A stretch of 64,000 nt of DNA, taken from assembly GCA_949297185.1 (NCBI GenBank), contig CASFRM010000001.1:19553-83552 (forward strand), in the 5' to 3' direction. The notes beneath the pieces were generated by a model. It made no database searches, was not told where the DNA came from, and worked only from the letters and a program-made list of their open reading frames with translations. This DNA comes from an uncultured Pseudomonadota bacterium. GTDB lineage: Bacteria; Pseudomonadota; Alphaproteobacteria; RF32; CAG-239. Shown here one piece after another: positions 57,882-64,000 of this stretch. Made by a program: the position numbers and the translations under genes. Each line of letters starts with the position of its first letter. Position 1 is the first letter of the stretch.

Positions 57882-58015
57882 ACAGAGGGGGTTTTAACCC
57901 TTTAAAAACTAAAAGTAAAGTTATTTATTAAATATTAGGTATAAATATGAATACTTTACATTAAACAAATTATTACTTAAACTGCACAAAGTATTATAAC
58001 TACACGGAGAGACAA

Positions 58016-58987
58016 ATGGGAAGAATAATGGTAATGGGCGGAGCCGGATATATTGGCTCGCATACACTAAAATATTTAATAAAACACGGTTACGAAGCCT
58101 TTGCCGTTGATAACTTGTCTTGCGGACATAAAGAGGCTGTTTTAGATGCCGATTTAATAAAAGCCGATTTATTGGATAAAAACTCACTTGATGAGGTTTT
58201 TAAAAACAATAAAGTCGATGCGGTTGTTCATTTTGCAGCCTATTCATTAGTTGGTGAAAGTGTTGAAAATCCGGCAAAATATTATCGCAACAATGTTGTT
58301 GGAACGCTTAATTTGCTTGATGCTATGAGAGATTACGATGTAAATAAGATAGTTTTTTCAAGCACTTGTGCTACTTATGGTAATCCGCAATATACTCCGA
58401 TAGACGAAAAACATCAGCAATCTCCGATAAATCCATACGGACAAACCAAATTAACCATAGAAAAAATATTTCAAGACTACCAAAAGGCCTATGGGTTAAA
58501 GTACATAGCTTTGAGATATTTTAATGCTGCCGGAGCCGATGAAAGTGGTTTAATAGGCGAAAGCCATAATCCCGAAAGCCACCTAATTCCGATAGTTTTG
58601 CAAGCTATTATGGGTAAGAGAGAAAATATAAAAATCTTTGGTGATGATTACGATACCAAAGACGGCACTTGTTTAAGAGATTATATTCATGTCAACGACT
58701 TAGCCAAAGCTCATATGTTGGCCTTAGAAAAATTGGATGAATATCAAGGATTTATAAATCTTGGAACCGGAGTTGCTACTTCGGTCAAAGAGATTATTAA
58801 AGCGGCAGAAGAAGTAAGCGGCAAAAAATGTCCGACGGTAATTGCTGCAAGGCGCGCCGGCGATCCGGCAGTGCTTTATGCCGATAACAGACTGGCTGAA
58901 AAAGTTTTAGGCTGGAAAGCAAAATATACCAAAATAGAAGATATTATCCGCACTGCATGGAATTGGGAAACTAATCGGAACTTTTGA
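58016..58987 (+). CDS. galE: UDP-glucose 4-epimerase
   Basis: VMGGAGYIGSH, YGQTKLTIE (YxxxK), LRYFNAAGA, RDYIHVNDLA. GGAGAG RBS. Confidence 0.94.
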   Translation: MGRIMVMGGAGYIGSHTLKYLIKHGYEAFAVDNLSCGHKEAVLDADLIKADLLDKNSLDEVFKNNKVDAVVHFAAYSLVGESVENPAKYYRNNVVGTLNLLDAMRDYDVNKIVFSSTCATYGNPQYTPIDEKHQQSPINPYGQTKLTIEKIFQDYQKAYGLKYIALRYFNAAGADESGLIGESHNPESHLIPIVLQAIMGKRENIKIFGDDYDTKDGTCLRDYIHVNDLAKAHMLALEKLDEYQGFINLGTGVATSVKEIIKAAEEVSGKKCPTVIAARRAGDPAVLYADNRLAEKVLGWKAKYTKIEDIIRTAWNWETNRNF

Positions 58988-59693
58988 TTGAATTAATCAT
59001 TTCATCAACAAATGCGGGCAGGGTAGTTCCGGCCGGACCGAAGATATGTCTATCAAAGTAGTAATTATTTGAAGTCATCTCAAGATTAAATTCAAAGGTC
59101 TTGGTCCCGTGATATTTGGCTGTTTGCACAAAAGCCGCCGCCGGAAATACCACGCCGGAAGTACCTATCGACAAGAAAAGATCGCAATTTCTGAGCAGAT
59201 TATCAACTTTATCCATATAAAGTAAGTTTTCTCCAAAGAAAACGATATTAGGCTTCATCATTCCCTGAACCTGACAATTTGGGCATATGGTCTCGGTATC
59301 GACATCGGCAAAAGTTTCAATAACATGTCCGCAGTTTAGGCAAACCGATTGATTAATCTGCCCGTGGACATGCCAAACATTGCGGTTTCCGGCTTTTTCA
59401 TGCAAGGTATCAACATTTTGTGTTACTATATTGATGTTTGCATCTTTGTACTCGTTTTGCAGGCGTGTTATCGCCAAATGAGCCGGATTAGGCTTAGCCT
59501 TTTGCAACTCTTTTTTTAGGTCATTATAGAACTCGTGTACATATTGAGGATTTCGTTGAAATGCTTCGATAGTAGCCACATCTTCAACTTTGTGATTATT
59601 CCACAATCCGTTAGCAGCCCTAAATGTTGCTAATCCGGATTCTGCCGAAATTCCGGCACCGGTAAGAATAATAATGTTATTAAATTTTTCCAT
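58971..59693 (-). CDS. cobB: NAD-dependent protein deacylase, Sir2 family
   Basis: LTGAGISAESGLATFR, QNVDTLHEKAG, and the Zn ribbon CLNCGH...CPNC. At 240 aa it has no extra domains. Confidence 0.9.
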   Translation of the reverse strand: MEKFNNIIILTGAGISAESGLATFRAANGLWNNHKVEDVATIEAFQRNPQYVHEFYNDLKKELQKAKPNPAHLAITRLQNEYKDANINIVTQNVDTLHEKAGNRNVWHVHGQINQSVCLNCGHVIETFADVDTETICPNCQVQGMMKPNIVFFGENLLYMDKVDNLLRNCDLFLSIGTSGVVFPAAAFVQTAKYHGTKTFEFNLEMTSNNYYFDRHIFGPAGTTLPAFVDEMINSIKSSD

Positions 59694-59713
59694 TGATAAC
59701 CTTCAAATATAAG

Positions 59714-59741
59714 TTGCATAAACTTTTGTAAATTTTATAAT
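59714..59741 (+). promoter_or_regulatory. Candidate sigma70 promoter for the queH operon
   Basis: -35 TTGCAT, 16-nt spacer, consensus -10 TATAAT (59736-59741). AGGAA lies upstream of ATG 59768. Confidence 0.55.
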
Positions 59742-59767
59742 CTCGAAAAGAAAGGAAATCAAGAAAA

Positions 59768-60316
59768 ATGCGTTTTGTTTTGCTGTCATGCTGTGCCCCT
59801 TGTTCTTGTGCGGTTATAAAAAAACTAGCCGAAGATGGGGCAGATTTTGAGGTATTGTTTTACAATCCCAACATCAGACCTTTGGCAGAATACAGAAAAA
59901 GATGTGATGAAAACGAGAGGCTGTGTCAACAGTATGGGGTAAAGTTTACCGAGCTGGAATATGACAACGACAGATGGTGTGAGCAGACCAAAGGTATGGA
60001 AAATTTACCCGAAAGAGGTGAGAGATGTTCAATATGTTTCGGGATGAGATTAAGAAGAGCCTTTCGCTATGCTAAAGAAAACGGTTTTGATGCCGTAGCC
60101 AGTGTTTTAGGTGTTTCAAGATACAAAGATTTAGCCCAAGTTAATCGAGTAGCTCATGAAGAAGCCGCTAAAGCCGGATTACCATATTTAGAGATAGAAG
60201 GTCGCAAAGGCGGCATGCAAGAGCTAAGGCAGCAACTAATAAAAGATTTGGGACTGTATAATCAAGATTATTGCGGATGTAAGCCAAGAAAGGGGTATAA
60301 TGATGTTTTGGAGTAA
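59768..60316 (+). CDS. queH: Epoxyqueuosine reductase QueH (DUF208)
   Basis: LLSCCAPCS, CSICFGMRL and YNQDYCGC cysteine motifs. Confidence 0.85.
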   Translation: MRFVLLSCCAPCSCAVIKKLAEDGADFEVLFYNPNIRPLAEYRKRCDENERLCQQYGVKFTELEYDNDRWCEQTKGMENLPERGERCSICFGMRLRRAFRYAKENGFDAVASVLGVSRYKDLAQVNRVAHEEAAKAGLPYLEIEGRKGGMQELRQQLIKDLGLYNQDYCGCKPRKGYNDVLE

Positions 60317-61223
60317 ATTTTTTGAGCCCAAACCGTTTAACAGTGGTTTTTTGCCGGAAGAAAACGGCCATTTAGTGTATTATGCGGAGTTTGGCAATCC
60401 GAAAGGAGTGCCGGTAATCGTATTTCACGGTGGTCCAGGGGGTAGTTTCAAGGCGGCGAGGGCTAAGATAGCCGATTTAAAGAAATATCGGGTAATAATG
60501 TTCGACCAGAGAGGAAGTGGGCGCTCAATACCGGCCGGTAAGATAGAAAATAATACGGCGACAGACTTGTTAAACGATGTAGACAGACTATATAATTATT
60601 TGAAATTAGAGCAAAAAGTTATATTATGGGGAGGCTCTTGGGGTTCGACCTTAGCGCTGTTATGGGCCGAAAGAAACCCAGATAAAGTATCGGGTTTGCT
60701 GTTGTCTCAGATATTTTTGGCCAATAAAGCGAGCAGGGAGTGGGAATTTGTCGGCAACAGCAATTTTTATCCGGATTTTGTTGAATACATGGAAGAAAAA
60801 TCAAAAGGAAAAATAAGAGATTATTACAATAAGTTAATCCAGTCTGTTAATATGGAAGACCAGTTGGATGCTGCTAATCATTATGGCTATTATGAGCGCG
60901 TATGCGGTAGTCTTGATCCCCAATTTGCTCAAAACAAAGAATTGTCTGAAAAAGAATTGAATTCACAAAGAATATATATGCACTACAGTGCCGGAGATTT
61001 CTTCGTAAAAGAAGACGAAATTATGAAGAATATAGAAAAAATCAAGAATATACCGGCTCTTATCATACATAACCGTTTGGATTTCGTATGTCCGGTCAAG
61101 GCCGCATGGGAGCTAAACAAAAATTTGATAAATTCGCGTTTAATTATTGTTGCCGAACGCGGACATAGCGGCAAAAAGATATATAAAACCATAAGAAAAG
61201 AATTTGCTAAGGTGTTGAAATGA
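60300..61223 (+). CDS. pip: Prolyl aminopeptidase (alpha/beta hydrolase)
   Basis: FHGGPGG, FDQRGSGRS, and the nucleophile elbow GGSWGSTLAL. 17-nt overlap with queH. Confidence 0.88.
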   Translation: MMFWSKFFEPKPFNSGFLPEENGHLVYYAEFGNPKGVPVIVFHGGPGGSFKAARAKIADLKKYRVIMFDQRGSGRSIPAGKIENNTATDLLNDVDRLYNYLKLEQKVILWGGSWGSTLALLWAERNPDKVSGLLLSQIFLANKASREWEFVGNSNFYPDFVEYMEEKSKGKIRDYYNKLIQSVNMEDQLDAANHYGYYERVCGSLDPQFAQNKELSEKELNSQRIYMHYSAGDFFVKEDEIMKNIEKIKNIPALIIHNRLDFVCPVKAAWELNKNLINSRLIIVAERGHSGKKIYKTIRKEFAKVLK

Positions 61224-61804
61224 TAAAAGATTTTTATATATTCCGTCATGGACAGAGTACTTATAATATAGCAGGCCGCACCCAAGGTCAGACCAATGAT
61301 TCGGTCTTAACCGAGCTAGGCAAAAGTCAGGCAGAAGAAATAGGGCGCAAATTATCCGACAAAGGAGTTGAAATAATTATAACTTCCCCTTTGCAAAGAG
61401 CCGTCCAGACTGCAAATTTAGCCAACCAAAGCTTGCAGGTGCCTATAGAAGTTGATGAGCGATTTATCGAGGTTAATGTCGGCGTGGTAGAAGGCATGCA
61501 CTATCTTGATATAAAAGCCAAATATCCCGAAATTTTTGATAAAATGCACAGTGTTGACGGTGACGCCGATAATGTCTGCTATCCTCAAGGAGAAACCAGA
61601 CTTCAGGTCAGACAGAGAATATTTACCGGTCTAAATGATTGGGCCGATAAAGATAAATATAAGATTATGGCTGTTTCATCTCACGGCATAATGCTGTCAC
61701 AAACTCTTACATCATTAGGTCAACCGGCTACGGAAGTAAAAAACGGCTCGATATTGCATATACGCAAAGAAAATGATAGTTGGAAAGTAATCGGATGGAT
61801 ATAA
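61220..61804 (+). CDS. Histidine phosphatase family protein (GpmB-like)
   Basis: The FRHGQSTYN RHG motif and a later SSHG. ATGA overlap with pip. Confidence 0.85.
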   Translation: MIKDFYIFRHGQSTYNIAGRTQGQTNDSVLTELGKSQAEEIGRKLSDKGVEIIITSPLQRAVQTANLANQSLQVPIEVDERFIEVNVGVVEGMHYLDIKAKYPEIFDKMHSVDGDADNVCYPQGETRLQVRQRIFTGLNDWADKDKYKIMAVSSHGIMLSQTLTSLGQPATEVKNGSILHIRKENDSWKVIGWI

Positions 61805-62046
61805 ACATAATCGAACAAGAAATATCAAATACGGCAGAAGCAAACTTTGTTTTGCTATCATTATATCGTGAATATTCGATTATTATGCTAAATGACGAAA
61901 ACAAAAAAGAAGAATGTCGGCGCAAGATGCAGCAAATAAAAAAAGACATCAGGTATTTGTCAGAAAAAGAACTTATAAATAAGGTAAAAAATATATATTT
62001 ACCTTTACTACAAAAATTCTTACAGCAAAAAAGAGGTCGGCAATGA
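61795..62046 (+). CDS. Small helical protein, candidate antitoxin of the zeta-like toxin
   Basis: 83 aa from ATG 61795; the track start at 61780 is TTG. It overlaps the phosphatase stop by 10 nt and the toxin start by 4 nt (ATGA). No motif is recognised; the assignment is by position only. Confidence 0.5.
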   Translation: MDINIIEQEISNTAEANFVLLSLYREYSIIMLNDENKKEECRRKMQQIKKDIRYLSEKELINKVKNIYLPLLQKFLQQKRGRQ

Positions 62047-62960
62047 GTGATAATGGTTATGTTCTAAACGATAAACAACGTGAAATCTGGTACAATCAGG
62101 TTATTGTACCCATGTTTTTAGAAGGCAAGAAAAGTAGCGAAAAACCGACATTTGTACTGCTAACCGGCCAACCGGGAGCAGGTAAGACAACTGCGGCAAT
62201 TAAATATTCTCAAATGCTTAATCCTGAACCTGTAAGATTTGGCGGTGATGATATAAGAATATTATTGCCTTATGCCGACAAATTACTACGAGAAAATCCG
62301 GCCGAGTATCCGTTTATCAGTAAAGCGGACATGTCATGGGCTCGAGAAAAGTTGGTAAGTGATTGTATTGACAATAAATTTAATATACAAATAGATAGTA
62401 TTTTATCCAACCCTAATGATTGGAAAATGGGAACATTACTAAAGGTAAAAGATGCAGGCTACAGAATAGAATGCACGGCATTAGGAGTGCACAGATACAT
62501 AAGCGAAGTTTCAATGTTTTCCAGAAGAGAAGAGCAAATTAAAAATTTTGGAGTAGGTTTTCCGGTTACCATGGATACCCACGATAAAGCCTATGAGATA
62601 TTACCGGCAGTTGTGGCCAAAATGTATAAAGAAGGCGTAGCCGATAAGGTAAGCATCTACAATCGAATTTTTGAGAATTTCTATGATACCGACAAGGTAG
62701 AAAATCCGAGCGAAGAAGGAATAATAGGCGGAATTATAAAATCCCGTGAAAGCTATCTAAGCAAAGAATCACTAAATTATATAGATTTGTCATGGAAAAA
62801 TGTAAAAGACAAAATGGTGGCTCGTAATGCAGCAGAAAGCGAAATGAATGAAATGTTAGGATATTATATTGCTTTCCGTAAAAATTCGGGAATGTATTTA
62901 GTAGAAAGCCAGCATGCGGCATTGATAATGATGAACAAGAACAAATCCACTGGTCGATAG
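62043..62960 (+). CDS. Zeta-toxin-family P-loop kinase
   Basis: LLTGQPGAGKTTAA Walker A, followed about 20 aa later by RFGGDDIRILLPY. This compares with PezT/zeta IIDGDSFR...HP. 305 aa. Confidence 0.75.
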   Translation: MSDNGYVLNDKQREIWYNQVIVPMFLEGKKSSEKPTFVLLTGQPGAGKTTAAIKYSQMLNPEPVRFGGDDIRILLPYADKLLRENPAEYPFISKADMSWAREKLVSDCIDNKFNIQIDSILSNPNDWKMGTLLKVKDAGYRIECTALGVHRYISEVSMFSRREEQIKNFGVGFPVTMDTHDKAYEILPAVVAKMYKEGVADKVSIYNRIFENFYDTDKVENPSEEGIIGGIIKSRESYLSKESLNYIDLSWKNVKDKMVARNAAESEMNEMLGYYIAFRKNSGMYLVESQHAALIMMNKNKSTGR

Positions 62961-63022
62961 GTCAACGTTTGTAATACAAATTCACGCTCAAATAACACAC
63001 GTCCCTGTTTTACACTTCATTT

Positions 63023-63050
63023 AATATACATAATATATATTATGCGACAA
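63023..63050 (-). other. Candidate dif site (XerC/XerD chromosome dimer resolution site)
   Basis: The minus strand reads TTGTCGCATAA-TATATA-TTATGTATATT, against E. coli dif GGTGCGCATAA-TGTATA-TTATGTTAAAT (20/28 identical, inner half-site cores identical). It lies in a 227-nt non-coding gap. Confidence 0.55.
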
Positions 63051-63187
63051 ATGTATTTATTATGTAAAAGATGACTTCCCCCTTAAAGGATGTAAAAATT
63101 AGCGCCAACAAAATATTATAGCAAAATCAACAAGTTGATGATCGATTGACAAAAAATACAATACTTTTACAACGGAGATTATTCAAA

Positions 63188-63745
63188 ATGTTAGAAAATT
63201 TCATAATGCCGGAAACATTGGAAAACGATGTGATTAAATTAGTCGCTCGTAACAATCATCAATACGACGAAGATTTGTGGTTAGAAACAGATAAAAATCG
63301 TAACTTTCTAAGAATTTATCTTCCATGGGTTGATAAAACTAATTCTCTGCAGGACTGCAACTCTGCTACCGATATGTTTACCGACAAATGGCAAAAAGGA
63401 GAAAATTACGCCTACTCTATTGTATTAAAAGCCACTGGCAAAGCCATCGGTTCAATAGATATTCATAATATTGACTGCGAAAATTATAAAGGAGAAATCG
63501 GCTATTGGCTTGCAGAAGATTATAACGGCCGCGGATATATGAGCGGTGCTGTTCAATTAATTGAAAATGCCGCATTTTCTTTAGGTATTAATCGTATTGA
63601 AATTACTACGCAAAAAGAAAATATCCCCTCTGCTAATGTTGCCAAACGCAACAATTATGTTTTTGAAGGTACTCTGTGCAAAGCCATCTATAACAATGGG
63701 AAATTTTACGATAAATTGGTATTTGCCAAACTAAAAAATGCTTGA
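63188..63745 (+). CDS. GNAT N-acetyltransferase (RimJ/RimL-like)
   Basis: IGSIDIHNID...GEIGYWLAEDYNGRGYMSGAV...GINRIEITTQKENIPSANVAKRNNYVFEG. ATG 63188 with GGAGA 9 nt upstream is preferred; the track start at 63146 is TTG. Confidence 0.85.
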   Translation: MLENFIMPETLENDVIKLVARNNHQYDEDLWLETDKNRNFLRIYLPWVDKTNSLQDCNSATDMFTDKWQKGENYAYSIVLKATGKAIGSIDIHNIDCENYKGEIGYWLAEDYNGRGYMSGAVQLIENAAFSLGINRIEITTQKENIPSANVAKRNNYVFEGTLCKAIYNNGKFYDKLVFAKLKNA

Positions 63746-63805
63746 TTTTTCTTTATATTAGTTCTAACTTTGCCCTAATTGTTAATCAGCAAAGGATGAT
63801 AAGTT

Positions 63806-64000
63806 ATGGAATTGTGTTTTATCAATGATGAATATTCATCAAATATAGACGATGCACTGCGTTTTGCTCAAAAGAATAATCTTCGATATATAGAATTACG
63901 CAATATTGACGGAAAGAATATTTGTGATTTATCACTTGATAAAATCAGCCAGATTGCCGCTCAAATTGCTCAAGCCGGTATACTGGTTTCAACCATTGCC
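63806..64000 (+). CDS. Partial CDS (first 65 aa), probable xylose-isomerase-like TIM-barrel sugar phosphate isomerase/epimerase; runs off the window
   Basis: ATG 63806 with AAAGGA upstream, open to the window end: MELCFINDEYSSNIDDALRFAQKNNLRYIELRNIDGKNI.... The family call is tentative. Confidence 0.5.
   Translation, partial: MELCFINDEYSSNIDDALRFAQKNNLRYIELRNIDGKNICDLSLDKISQIAAQIAQAGILVSTIA

Noticed and set aside
58971-59693. Sir2-domain protein as a possible anti-phage (Thoeris/DSR-like) effector
   Set aside because: It is a minimal 240-aa CobB-type deacylase with the canonical Zn ribbon. It has no SLOG/TIR or other partner domains or neighbouring defence genes, so it is most simply housekeeping.
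63126-63139. Inverted repeat ATCAAC-AA-GTTGAT and nearby TTGACA upstream of the GNAT gene as operator/promoter
   Set aside because: It has short 6-bp arms in AT-rich DNA. No acceptable -10 hexamer lies at 16-18 nt from TTGACA that would leave the RBS in the transcript.
1-64000. CRISPR arrays, rRNA, IS elements, prophage blocks
   Set aside because: No regularly spaced direct repeats, no rRNA-like sequence, and no transposase, integrase, capsid or terminase-like ORFs were seen in either strand's ORF set.

Overview
64-kb chromosomal window from a low-GC Gram-negative bacterium. Hand counts give about 28-33% GC in accessory parts and about 40% in housekeeping parts. No rRNA, CRISPR array, transposase or integrase was seen.

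The backbone looks alphaproteobacterial: lon-hupB-tRNA-Val synteny, an alphaproteobacterial-type HU, and divergent recG/mfd. The gene content is anaerobe-like (Rnf complex, FabK/NMO-type reductase, QueH). This lineage call is an inference.

Layout:
- 1-3.0 kb: lon (5' truncated), hupB, an NlpC/P60-like orphan and tRNA-Val(TAC).
- 3.1-24.1 kb: very AT-rich surface-glycan locus. It holds ugd, about 15 glycosyltransferases (GT2, GT8, WbsX, RgpF-like, GT10-like), rmlA/B/C and an fdtA/B/C-like dTDP-3-acetamido-3,6-dideoxyhexose branch. No flippase, polymerase, ABC exporter, initiating transferase or canonical rmlD is visible.
- 24.2-30.3 kb: a small orphan gene, recG and mfd.
- 30.3-32.7 kb: low-GC islet of four orphan genes, three of which share a paralogous module.
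- 32.9-45.1 kb: a 13-gene, almost gap-free minus-strand operon. Its order is fabZ-accA-accD-(long NMO/FabK-like)-fabI-accB-accC-fabH-fabF-fabD-fabG-(GltD-like oxidoreductase)-(OmpA-family lipoprotein). It has no acpP.
- 45.5-47.1 kb: an orphan 547-aa protein with a GH24 lysozyme domain.
- 47.1-55.8 kb: dsbD-like, a CDP-alcohol phosphatidyltransferase, and apbE-rseC-rnfBCDGEA.
- 55.8-64 kb: udg, MATE, galE, cobB, queH, pip, a histidine phosphatase, a zeta-toxin-like pair, a strong dif-like XerC/D site in a non-coding gap, a GNAT and a partial TIM-barrel gene.

Most noteworthy:
- the orphan paralog islet
- the dif-like site next to the zeta module
- a short terminal peptide motif recurring in unrelated glycosyltransferases
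- an RgpF fragment/WbsX junction separated by an 8-nt ATG..ATG offset
- a G7 tract in a GT8 gene
- the unusual make-up and leader of the fatty-acid operon

All family assignments are by eye from motifs. No database search was possible.
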